Notes: generated by a model from the sequence alone, not told the origin. DNA of 28,173 nt from a virus (IMGVR_UViG_3300024996_000122:1-28173); one strand, 5' to 3'; counted from the first letter of the stretch, positions 18,156 to 25,682 are shown. Translations and numbers: made by a program.

Positions 18156-19675
18156 CCCGCGACCGCCTCCTCGCGGAAGGACTGGGTGATCATGTCCGCG
18201 AAGTCGGGCGAGCGGCCGAGACGGTCCATGAAGTCGGCCTTGTCCTCCAGCCGGAACTTGTCGTTGTCCGTCCGTCCCTTCAGTTCCGAAAGCTCCTCGA
18301 CGATCTGGGGCAGGTGCGGCCCGTTGGGAAGATGGAATGGCATGTCGTTGCGCGTTCCGTCGCGGAAGTCGTCGGGGTCGAGCCGCCTGGCCAGCATCGC
18401 GGCGCACGCCGACCGTAGGTTCAGGAAGTTCCTTCGGAACGGCTTGCCGCCATAGTACGGCTGGACGCCGTAGAGCTTCTTGGCCGCCAGGGCCGCCTTG
18501 AGCCGGTTGCCGGTGTTTCCGGCCGCGTCGTAGCTGATCCTCTCGTCGGCCACCCTCCACTTCGCCTTCAGATCCACGATCCGATCGGCGGTGGCGGAGG
18601 GGGAATCGAAAGCGTCGGCGGCGATCTCCAGGAACCCGACGTCATCGCGGACGCCCACGACCGACCGCGCGTTACCGACCCCCTCGCCGACGTCGCACGC
18701 GATCCGCCGCGGCCCGCCCTTGCCGGCCCGACGCCACTCGGCCGCCGCGCGGACCGCCATTTCGCCGGTCGCCCGCCCTAGAAGCTCCGGACGAATCAGG
18801 GCCTCGTTGTCGAGCTTGGGCCGGATCGCCTTGATGTGCGACCGCGTCCAGGGCGAATCGGCCCCGCGACGGCGGTACATGGCCTCCAGCCACGTCTTGT
18901 CGGCCAGCCCGAACGGTGACTTATCCAGGTCCGCGTGGGGTGAACAGGTCGACGGCATATTGAAATATCGAACCGCGTGACTCCTGGGAACCCCGTCGCG
19001 GGCGTCGGCCTCGCCCTGCCTTGCATAGTCGACGGCCCAGCCCTCGCCGCGGATCGGGTTGTAGCAGAGGACCATCAGGCTCGCCTTGAGCGAATCGAGG
19101 GCCTCGCCGATCTCGTCGGTGATCCCCGACGCCTCGGTGACGAACACGGCGAGGTTCGCCGCGTGCTGTCCGGACGCCCGCTCGATCGAGGTCGTCGAAT
19201 AGGCCAGGGCGCCCCAACCGTTCTTATCGAGCCTCATCGCGAGCGGGCTGGCCTTCACGCCCGAACCCAGGTCGGCCCCGAAAATCTCCGGGAACATCTT
19301 GAGCATCGAGGGCCTGTCCGGCGACGACGCCCGCTCCGGGTCCATCGCGCGGCGAAGCTCCTTCCACGTCACGGAGCCCAGCAGCGTTTGGGACGGGCCC
19401 GTCACGATCGCCACCGAGTCCAGCCGCGTGAGGCACCACCACGGGACCAGGCCGCCGAGCGCGTAGTCCTTGCCGAGCGCGTTGCCGGTCTCGACCACGA
19501 CGACCGAGCTCTCCGCGCACGCCTGGACCCACTCCAGCTGATCGGGATGGCCGCTCCCCGGATTGGTCCAGTACGGCTCCCGCTCCAGGATGGCCGTGTT
19601 GAACAGGTCCGGGTCGTCGTGGCAGTCACTCAGCAGGCCGACCAGCCCGTCGATCTCGCTTGCGCTTCTCGGCAC
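18152..19675 (-). CDS. terL: Terminase large subunit
   Basis: Walker A TGNALGKD, Walker B-like AVFVTEASG, YNP motif, nuclease acidic motifs IACDVG / SYDAAG / RSPDFAD. Confidence 0.92.
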   Translation of the reverse strand: MPRSASEIDGLVGLLSDCHDDPDLFNTAILEREPYWTNPGSGHPDQLEWVQACAESSVVVVETGNALGKDYALGGLVPWWCLTRLDSVAIVTGPSQTLLGSVTWKELRRAMDPERASSPDRPSMLKMFPEIFGADLGSGVKASPLAMRLDKNGWGALAYSTTSIERASGQHAANLAVFVTEASGITDEIGEALDSLKASLMVLCYNPIRGEGWAVDYARQGEADARDGVPRSHAVRYFNMPSTCSPHADLDKSPFGLADKTWLEAMYRRRGADSPWTRSHIKAIRPKLDNEALIRPELLGRATGEMAVRAAAEWRRAGKGGPRRIACDVGEGVGNARSVVGVRDDVGFLEIAADAFDSPSATADRIVDLKAKWRVADERISYDAAGNTGNRLKAALAAKKLYGVQPYYGGKPFRRNFLNLRSACAAMLARRLDPDDFRDGTRNDMPFHLPNGPHLPQIVEELSELKGRTDNDKFRLEDKADFMDRLGRSPDFADMITQSFREEAVAG

Positions 19676-20081
19676 GTTCCTGGGCTTCCCTCACGACTTC
19701 GCGACGCGAAACGGAATCGGTCTTCTCGGGGCGGTCCTTGGCGACGGCCCATCTGTCGGGGAACCGACGTTCGAGGAACCACGCCCGCGATTGCCAGGAC
19801 GGCGCCCCGTCCTGGACGGCGTCCAGCGCCCTCTGCTCGGCGAACGCGACGGCCCTTTTCAAAGAGGCGAAAAAATCGGCATACCCCTGCGCGTGCTCGG
19901 CCCCGTCCTCGTAGAGGCGGAGCCAATACTTGACGGTCTCCGGAGTGGTCCCGGCCGCCACGCACGCCGGGCCGAAGTAGCTCCCGTTGGTCAGGAACCG
20001 AATGATGTCGGCCTGAACCTCGGGGGTCAGCGCGGCGGGCCGAACGAGGGTTCGGCCGTTTTTGCTTTTGGGGTAGGCCAC
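19626..20081 (-). CDS. terS: Terminase small subunit-like HTH protein
   Basis: Probable GTG start at 20081; RPAALTPE..ACVAAG..ETVKYW and WQSRAWFLERRFPDRW; directly upstream of terL. Confidence 0.75.
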   Translation of the reverse strand: MAYPKSKNGRTLVRPAALTPEVQADIIRFLTNGSYFGPACVAAGTTPETVKYWLRLYEDGAEHAQGYADFFASLKRAVAFAEQRALDAVQDGAPSWQSRAWFLERRFPDRWAVAKDRPEKTDSVSRREVVREAQERAEKRKRDRRAGRPAE

Positions 20082-20085
20082 GGGA

Positions 20086-20460
20086 TCAATCGATGGGCCG
20101 TTCGGCCAGCGCGGCGATGGCGCGGAGGCGGTCCCGCGACCTCGCCGCCCTGGTCTGGGCTCGCTGGCAGACGGCGGCGTGGCCGCGCTCGTTGGACGCG
20201 AGTCGGACGATTTGGAGGCGGAGCCGCTCGATCTCCTCGCGCCAGTCGGACTCCCGCCGCTCATGGTCGGCCTTGTACTCGGCGAGGGCGTCTTCGGCCG
20301 CCTTCCGCCGCGCCGTCTCCCTGGCGACCGCCGCGTTCAGAAGGTCGACGGCCTCCGGGGACTCTGACGGTACGGCCTTTTCGGCGGGCGTCACGCCAAG
20401 GAACCGGGCGGTCCCGAACCTCGCGCGGACACCGTCAATCACGGCGGCGGTCATCGACAC
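20086..20460 (-). CDS. Coiled-coil hypothetical protein
   Basis: 124-aa ORF filling the operon gap; GGAG RBS. Confidence 0.55.
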   Translation of the reverse strand: MSMTAAVIDGVRARFGTARFLGVTPAEKAVPSESPEAVDLLNAAVARETARRKAAEDALAEYKADHERRESDWREEIERLRLQIVRLASNERGHAAVCQRAQTRAARSRDRLRAIAALAERPID

Positions 20461-20464
20461 GGCT

Positions 20465-21004
20465 TCAGTCTCCTTTCGCGACGGGGATCGAATCGCCGCT
20501 CCGCCGCGCCTGATCGGCCTCCACGGCGTCGACCCGCTTGGAGACCTTGTCGGCCGCGTCGGAGGCCCGATTGACCGCCGGGACCACCTCCCGCTCGATC
20601 CGGTCGTTCGATCGCCGAACCGCGGCCTCCAGGGTCTTGATCTGGAGCTTGAGCCGCTCCATCTCCAGCAGGTCGGCCTCGTGGACCGCCTCGGCGCGCA
20701 TTCGGGCGGACTTCTCCTTGTCGATCCGAGAGCCCCAGGTGTCGTACTCGCGACTTTCGATTTCGAGCTTGCTGACCTTGTCCTTGGCGAGCTCCTCGCG
20801 CCTGGCCTGGGCGACCTGGCGCCATAGCCCGATCGCGACGGCGGCCCAGGCCATCGCCGCTCCGGCGAAGACGGCCGCCGTCCCCGTGGCCGTGGGCGAA
20901 CTCTCGGCGACGTCGGCGAGCAAGCCGACCGACGAGAGGGCCGCCCCGGTCACGGCTCCGGTCACGGAGTAGGGGTTCGACACGTCCGGAGCGCCTCGGA
21001 TCAA
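20465..21004 (-). CDS. Membrane-anchored coiled-coil protein (holin- or spanin-like candidate)
   Basis: One or two N-terminal hydrophobic segments then a long coiled coil; start may be GTG at 20983. Confidence 0.55.
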   Translation of the reverse strand: MIRGAPDVSNPYSVTGAVTGAALSSVGLLADVAESSPTATGTAAVFAGAAMAWAAVAIGLWRQVAQARREELAKDKVSKLEIESREYDTWGSRIDKEKSARMRAEAVHEADLLEMERLKLQIKTLEAAVRRSNDRIEREVVPAVNRASDAADKVSKRVDAVEADQARRSGDSIPVAKGD

Positions 21005-21342
21005 GATTCCAGGACTCGGACGACCAGCTTCGCCACCGCCAGGGCCAACGACTTCGCCAGGGCGCCGCCGATCAACCCCGAGAGAGGGCCAGAGCGGCCG
21101 CCGGCCGCATGGGCGTCGGCGACCTCGACCATCTTGGCGGCGACCTCGGGATCGGCGATCGGAACGGCGTCGGTCAAGGATCCGCCGCGCGGGGACGGGC
21201 CCGCGAGCAGCCCCTCCAGGTAGCCCTGGACGACCCAGGCCGGGAGGAGGAGCGACCGATCGATGGATCGGGTGGTCAACGCCGAGGCGATCAAACGGAT
21301 TTCGGCCTCGGGGAACTGGTCCGGGAATTCAGTGACTGGCAT
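21001..21342 (-). CDS. Hypothetical protein with hydrophobic C-terminus (113 aa)
   Basis: ATG with GAGGA RBS; stop overlaps the next gene. Confidence 0.65.
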   Translation of the reverse strand: MPVTEFPDQFPEAEIRLIASALTTRSIDRSLLLPAWVVQGYLEGLLAGPSPRGGSLTDAVPIADPEVAAKMVEVADAHAAGGRSGPLSGLIGGALAKSLALAVAKLVVRVLES

Positions 21343-21352
21343 CGGTTTCCTC

Positions 21353-21433
21353 GGCGAGTCGGTCTCGCGCGTGTTGAATTTCGCGGTTGGTGGTCGCGGG
21401 CGATCCAGTGGCGATGGTAAGATCCATGGTCGC
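21353..21433 (+). repeat. 81-bp element, copy 1 (inverted copy at 25175-25255); contains an extended -10 promoter
   Basis: 79/81 identity to the reverse complement of 25175-25255; TGgTAAGAT at 21415-21423. Confidence 0.95.
21415..21423 (+). promoter_or_regulatory. Extended -10 promoter; predicted start site at about 21429-21430, the start of the CRISPR-like repeat
   Basis: TG-N-TAAGAT; no consensus -35; conserved in both element copies. Confidence 0.6.
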
Positions 21434-21459
21434 TCCCGCGAGGGAGCGCGGATTGAAAC
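21429..21459 (+). CRISPR. Solitary type I-C-like CRISPR repeat unit (no array, no cas genes)
   Basis: GTCGCTCCCGCGAGGGAGCGCGGATTGAAAC: GTCGC start, 7-bp stem CGCTCCC/GGGAGCG with GCGA loop, GGATTGAAAC end; intergenic. Confidence 0.8.
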
Positions 21460-21463
21460 GGGT

Positions 21464-22228
21464 TCAGGCCGCGATCAAGGCGGTTCGGGGCGTCACGGCG
21501 TCGTCGGGGGTCATGCGGTCGCCCTGGATGACGCCGTAGCCGTTGTCGCCCCACTGGGCGCCCCAACTGTTGGCGATCTCCAGGGCGACCGCCCCGTCGA
21601 TCCACTTGGCCCCGACGGCGGTGACTTCGTGGGACCACCAGTTGTAGCCGACCGCCACCGGATGGCCGCGGAGGACGCAACTGATGGTCTGGTCGAGGCT
21701 CTTGTCGTCGAGCACCCACCATTCGTCGATGCGGTAGGTCTTCGCGTTCGCCAGGGTGTCGGGCGTCGCGTACCGACGGTCGATCGCGTTGGCGGGCCAT
21801 TGGGAGACCGGGGCGACGCCGTTGGCGACGATCCACTCCAGCCCCTCCCGCCCCCAGCCGCCGACGTTGCGATAGCCCTTGATCTGCGCCCCGGCCGACG
21901 CCGGGCTCAACGGGACGTAGGGTTGCCCCTGGAGGCCGCGCGCCAATTCGACGCAGAACGTCGGCGCGTTGATCCAACAATAGTTGGTTTGTTGTTGATC
22001 CTTGACGCCGATCCCGCCGCGATCGGCGAGGTCGCGGATGGTGGCCCCGCGTTGCTCCAGTTCCTGAATGCGGGCTTGCCATTCGGATCTCGGGATCACC
22101 AATTCGTCGGGGAACGGCTCGGCGACGCCCGCGTAGCTCCTGGCGTGGGGCGGCGGCAGTTCGAGGCCTCGGGCGCCGACCGCCAGAAACTCGCCTGGGG
22201 TGGAGTCGTCGATGACGAAGAGGCTCAC
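21464..22228 (-). CDS. Papain-like (C1 family) cysteine peptidase (254 aa)
   Basis: KDQQQTNYCW (oxyanion Gln, catalytic Cys), SHEVTAVG (His), ANSWGAQWGDNGY (Asn); GTG overlaps upstream stop. Confidence 0.9.
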   Translation of the reverse strand: MSLFVIDDSTPGEFLAVGARGLELPPPHARSYAGVAEPFPDELVIPRSEWQARIQELEQRGATIRDLADRGGIGVKDQQQTNYCWINAPTFCVELARGLQGQPYVPLSPASAGAQIKGYRNVGGWGREGLEWIVANGVAPVSQWPANAIDRRYATPDTLANAKTYRIDEWWVLDDKSLDQTISCVLRGHPVAVGYNWWSHEVTAVGAKWIDGAVALEIANSWGAQWGDNGYGVIQGDRMTPDDAVTPRTALIAA

Positions 22229-22839
22229 TTGCTCGCTCCCAAGGCCTTGATCGCCTTGATCGCCTCGGCGTCCGTCAACCCCGACAGGGGGACCGTCTTG
22301 ACCTCGCCGGCCGCGTCGAAGGCGTAGAGGTTGACCGTCTCGGCCCCGGCCTGGAGCGACTTCGCCTTGGTCAGCGCCGCCGCCCACTCGGGAGACCACG
22401 CGGGCGGGGCCGCGTGGTCGGCGGCGGGGACCACGGCGTCCTTGTCCCAGACACGCCAGCGCGGCAAGCCGCCGGAGTCGGTCGGGGTCGCGGCGCTCAT
22501 CGAGTCGCGAACCGCGGTCGAGTAGATCGGTTCGCGCCCGGTCGTTTTGGCCGACTCGTAGAGGATCACGATCCGATCCAACGGCCCCCACGTCGGAGCC
22601 GGCGGATCGGGCGCGGGAGGGATCGGAGGGACGGGAGTCGGATCGGGAGGGACCGGAGTGGGCCCCGGCCCGAAGTTCACGACCACCACCGAGCCGGAGT
22701 AGGTGATCCGGGCGGGGCCTCTAATGGTCAGCGACTGGCTCCCGCCGATCGACAGATCAACCGTGACCGACTGGGCGCGCGCCGTCCCGCCGGCGAGCAG
22801 CGACAGGCCGAACGCGATCGCCGCCAACGAACGCTTCAA
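22225..22839 (-). CDS. Secreted protein with Pro-rich linker
   Basis: Signal peptide MKRSLAAIAFGLSLLAGGTARA; PTPVPPDPTPVPP linker; GGAGG RBS before TTG. Confidence 0.8.
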   Translation of the reverse strand: MKRSLAAIAFGLSLLAGGTARAQSVTVDLSIGGSQSLTIRGPARITYSGSVVVVNFGPGPTPVPPDPTPVPPIPPAPDPPAPTWGPLDRIVILYESAKTTGREPIYSTAVRDSMSAATPTDSGGLPRWRVWDKDAVVPAADHAAPPAWSPEWAAALTKAKSLQAGAETVNLYAFDAAGEVKTVPLSGLTDAEAIKAIKALGASK

Positions 22840-22964
22840 CGCGAACCTCCCTCGGCGTCTTTCCGTTGGATCAACACGGGGCCCGCCGCCGCCACCCCAC
22901 GAAGCGACGACGGACCCCGGCGGCGGCGACGGAGACGGATCGCCGCCGTGTCTTGAAAAGTCAC
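22836..22964 (-). CDS. Possible 42-aa basic peptide
   Basis: Start and stop both overlap neighbouring genes (GTGA, TTGA), implying translational coupling. Confidence 0.3.
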   Translation of the reverse strand: MTFQDTAAIRLRRRRRGPSSLRGVAAAGPVLIQRKDAEGGSR

Positions 22965-23353
22965 CGGCCGCCCTTCAGCTTGCCGGGCTCGTATTTCCTG
23001 TTGTCGGCCGGGAGCGGCTTCACGAACAACGGCAGGGCCGGCGAGAGGCCGTCCTTGCCGCTCCGATCGCAAACCAAGCAGACGAACGGCGCGTCCGGCT
23101 TGCTCCTCCCGGTGCCGCCGCAATCCGGGCAGGGGAACGACTCGCCCGTCGCCACGAAGACCAGGGAGCCTGACCGCGAGCACGTCTTGCAGTAGTGCGG
23201 GCACTCGCTCGTCGGCGTGAGCGGCACGCCGCCGAGCGGCAGGAGCGGCTCCAGATGGGTCCGCTCCGCGCGGGGGACGACGTCCAGGCCGGTGGGTGGG
23301 GCGAAATCCGAGTAGCGTCTCACCGGATTGCTCTGCTCAACGCCTTGCGGCAT
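22961..23353 (-). CDS. Zn-finger protein (DnaJ-like CxxCxGxG)
   Basis: ATG at 23353 (TGATG overlap); CKTCSRSG, CPDCGGTG, CLVCDRSG. Confidence 0.7.
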   Translation of the reverse strand: MPQGVEQSNPVRRYSDFAPPTGLDVVPRAERTHLEPLLPLGGVPLTPTSECPHYCKTCSRSGSLVFVATGESFPCPDCGGTGRSKPDAPFVCLVCDRSGKDGLSPALPLFVKPLPADNRKYEPGKLKGGR

Positions 23354-23589
23354 CAGTGAATCTCGAAGTCCTCGTACCACCGCTTGACGTCGGGCGGGAT
23401 CGAGTTCAGGCGGCGGACCACGTTCGAGTGGTGGATGCCCACCACCCTGGCGATGGCCCTGACCGGAAGGCCGCCAAGCTGGAGCTTGACCATGATCGCG
23501 TCGCGGATCCGCTCCAGCGTCTCGACCGCGAACTCCTCGACCCCGTCCAACTTCACCCCGTCGCCGTCGATCGCGCCCCTCGCGAACAT
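23353..23589 (-). CDS. HTH DNA-binding protein, candidate late-operon regulator (78 aa)
   Basis: GAGGAG RBS; RDAIMVKLQLGGLPVRAIARVVGIHHSNVVRRL HTH. Confidence 0.75.
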   Translation of the reverse strand: MFARGAIDGDGVKLDGVEEFAVETLERIRDAIMVKLQLGGLPVRAIARVVGIHHSNVVRRLNSIPPDVKRWYEDFEIH

Positions 23590-23715
23590 GGCCGCTCCTC
23601 GCAAATCCCGCCCCGTGGTGCGTGCCTCGCCTCCGCGACGACGCAACTCCCATCAAGCATAGCCGATGAAGCCGAGCCGAGATGGTGCGGGCGATTTCTT
23701 GCCGCCCTAGAGCCG

Positions 23716-23731
23716 GTGAACTACGGTTCAC
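23716..23731. promoter_or_regulatory. Palindrome GTGAAC-TACG-GTTCAC in a divergent intergenic region (operator or UNCG hairpin)
   Basis: Perfect 6-bp arms; contains GAAC-N4-GTTC. Confidence 0.45.
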
Positions 23732-23766
23732 TCAAGGCGGATCAAGACGACGGTGGAGGACGCGAG

Positions 23767-23958
23767 ATGATTCGGCGCGTGCGATTTCGTCATAGGTGGG
23801 ACGGCGGGGTGATCGAGACGGACCTGATCCTGTGCAAGCGGCGGGAGTGGCGGCGGATGATCGAGTCCCACGACCCGGCCTGGTCGGTCCACGAGCACGG
23901 AGGCCGGGTCGTCGCGCTCAGGCTGCCGGACGGCCTGCCGAGACGTCGCGACGAATGA
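23767..23958 (+). CDS. Small hypothetical protein (63 aa)
   Basis: GGAGGA RBS; MIRRVRFRHRWDGGVIETDL...; divergent from the late operon. Confidence 0.65.
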   Translation: MIRRVRFRHRWDGGVIETDLILCKRREWRRMIESHDPAWSVHEHGGRVVALRLPDGLPRRRDE

Positions 23959-23961
23959 AGT

Positions 23962-23990
23962 GGGCCGCGGCGGTAGCGCCACCGCGGCCC
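23962..23990. terminator. GC-rich hairpin between convergent genes (no U-tract)
   Basis: GGGCCGCGG...CCGCGGCCC arms just after the 23958 stop. Confidence 0.35.
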
Positions 23991-24057
23991 GGGCGGTCGC
24001 CCCGTGACGAGAGTCGACCGAGTCCAGCCTAGGCCGGCGGCGCGTGCTCGTCAACAT

Positions 24058-24090
24058 GACGCCCCGCGCGGCCTGGACGTGGATCGAACC
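24058..24090 (+). repeat. Degenerate type I-C repeat-like unit
   Basis: GACGCCCCGCGCGGCCTGGACGTGGATCGAACC; 3' end CGTGGATCGAACC versus canonical CGTGGATTGAAAC; stem disrupted. Confidence 0.4.
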
Positions 24091-24095
24091 GGGAG

Positions 24096-25136
24096 TCAGC
24101 GAGAGTTGACGTAGGCCCGGTACTGGATCGCGTCGGCGATGGCCTTGTTGCTCTTGGCCATCTGCATTAGGGCGGCGTTGCGTTCCATCGAGGACATCCG
24201 TTGCAGTTTCTGGCGCTGATCCTCCAACAAGAACGGCAAGGCGGCCTTGAAGTCGGCCGCGGCCTTGGCGGCCGCCTCCTTCGCCTCCTGGGCCATGGCG
24301 GCGTCCCGCGCGCGGCCCGCCTTGTAGCGGGACGCGCGGCGTTCGTGGTTCCGCCGCGCGGTCTCGGCCAGTTCCTCCCGCCGTCGATCCGACAGCGAGC
24401 TCCCACCGGACGCCGCCGGCGGGGCTTCGGCCTCGATCGCCGGCCCGTCGTCCGCGAACAACTGGAGGACGACCAGGTTCCGACCCTTGGCCAAGCCCTC
24501 GGCGATCTGGACGAGCAGGCCGTCCATGTGTCCCAGCGGCGCGTTTCGTTCAGGGATCGCGATCGGGGAGATCACCCTGGCCTTGACCCGTCCCCCTAGT
24601 CCCACCACGGACGGCGGCAAGACCGATCGCGGGCCGTGCCGCGAAGCCAAGAAATCCGCGAGATCATCGGGTGTCGCCGTGCCGAACACCGGGGCCCTGT
24701 CACCCAGCTTGGCGGACTTCAACTCGATCACCTCGGCGTCGTTCGGCGGCGTCCCGCGCGTCGTGGTCGATGGGGCTGGTCGTCCGACCGCCTCGTGAAC
24801 CGCGGTCTCGCGCACGAACCCCGTCACTCCCGCGAGGGGTCCGTCCAGGATCGTGACCTTGAGGCCCGGCTCGCTCCGCTCGACGTCCTCGACCCGACGC
24901 GACAACGTGATCTTGTCGATCACCCGGGCCGCGGTCCCGTAGCTGACCATGCAGACGTCGACGCCGTTCAGAGGGCGATCCCATGTCGACGTCACCGTGT
25001 ACTCGATCAACGCCTCCGGCGAGACCCCCGCGGCGGCCGGCGCGTCCATCTGAAGCCCGCCCGGCCGTCCCAACGCCACGGTCTGACCGACGGCCGCCTG
25101 GCCGATCATCGCCGCCGCCAACACCCAAACGCCCAT
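24096..25136 (-). CDS. Putative exported accessory protein with two repeated beta domains and C-terminal coiled coil (346 aa)
   Basis: Hydrophobic N-terminus MGVWVLAAAMIGQ; AAAGGGGA RBS; internal duplication ARVI...GLxVxIxxG. Confidence 0.75.
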   Translation of the reverse strand: MGVWVLAAAMIGQAAVGQTVALGRPGGLQMDAPAAAGVSPEALIEYTVTSTWDRPLNGVDVCMVSYGTAARVIDKITLSRRVEDVERSEPGLKVTILDGPLAGVTGFVRETAVHEAVGRPAPSTTTRGTPPNDAEVIELKSAKLGDRAPVFGTATPDDLADFLASRHGPRSVLPPSVVGLGGRVKARVISPIAIPERNAPLGHMDGLLVQIAEGLAKGRNLVVLQLFADDGPAIEAEAPPAASGGSSLSDRRREELAETARRNHERRASRYKAGRARDAAMAQEAKEAAAKAAADFKAALPFLLEDQRQKLQRMSSMERNAALMQMAKSNKAIADAIQYRAYVNSR

Positions 25137-25174
25137 GCTCGCGTCCCCTTTAATATGAACCCACTGAAAACCAC

Positions 25175-25255
25175 GCGACCATGGATCTTACCATCGCCAC
25201 TGGATCGCCCGCGACCACCAACCGCGAAATTCAACACGCGCGGGGCCGACTCGCC
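25175..25255 (-). repeat. 81-bp element, copy 2, oriented to drive the 346-aa gene
   Basis: Reverse complement matches 21353-21433 with 2 mismatches; retains TGGTAAGAT. Confidence 0.95.
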
Positions 25256-25372
25256 AGGCCGCGGGCCTGGGTAGTCCATGCCGTCATGGAACCTAGGGGT
25301 ACATAAAGAGAGAGTAAGAATAGTCTTCTTCTCTCTCCCATCTCTCACTTCCCAGGGGTCATCTTTTTTCTC

Positions 25373-25578
25373 GGTATTCTGGTATTCTGGTATTCTGGCC
25401 GTCTAACCCATTCCCCGGATTTGACTTAGCCAGAATACCAATGTTGAGCCCCTTGGTATTCTGACCGGCCTGGTATTCTGACTCCACCCCTCAGAATACC
25501 AGGGCCCGTCGCCCCGGTATTCTGACTGGTGTTCTGAGTAACCCTTGTTTTCGCAACGACTTACCAGGTCAGAATACC
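25373..25578. repeat. Iteron-like cluster GGTATTCT(G/GA) in both orientations; probable replication origin
   Basis: Plus-strand copies at 25373, 25381, 25389, 25455, 25472, 25516 (variant at 25528); minus-strand copies at 25431, 25491, 25569; AT-richer flank at 25300-25372. Confidence 0.75.
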
Positions 25579-25682
25579 ACTTTACCAAGGTCTGCACTTG
25601 TCGTCGAAGCGCCGATCGGCGAGTTCGCGATGACGTTATTTAATGAAGTCGCGCCAAGGTTATATTGCATAATCCTGGGCGA

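Noticed and set aside
21460-21560. Second repeat forming a mini CRISPR array
   Set aside because: Sequence 32-37 nt downstream (GTCACGGCG...) has no stem or ATTGAAAC end and lies within the peptidase coding region
21263-22327. ORFs sharing the peptide RVLNFAVGGRGRSSGDGKIHGR (also 25106-25348)
   Set aside because: The identity is just the translated non-coding 81-bp repeat; this ORF is antisense to the peptidase gene
23996-24030. GTCGCCCC as a further repeat 62 nt before the 24058 unit
   Set aside because: Only the first few bases match; no stem or handle; expected by chance in GC-rich DNA
21353-25255. Insertion sequence or transposon bounded by the inverted repeats
   Set aside because: No transposase inside, no target-site duplication noticed, and the interior genes continue the phage operon
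25403-25597. 64-aa ORF across the iteron cluster
   Set aside because: Peptide content is explained by the DNA repeats; no RBS evident
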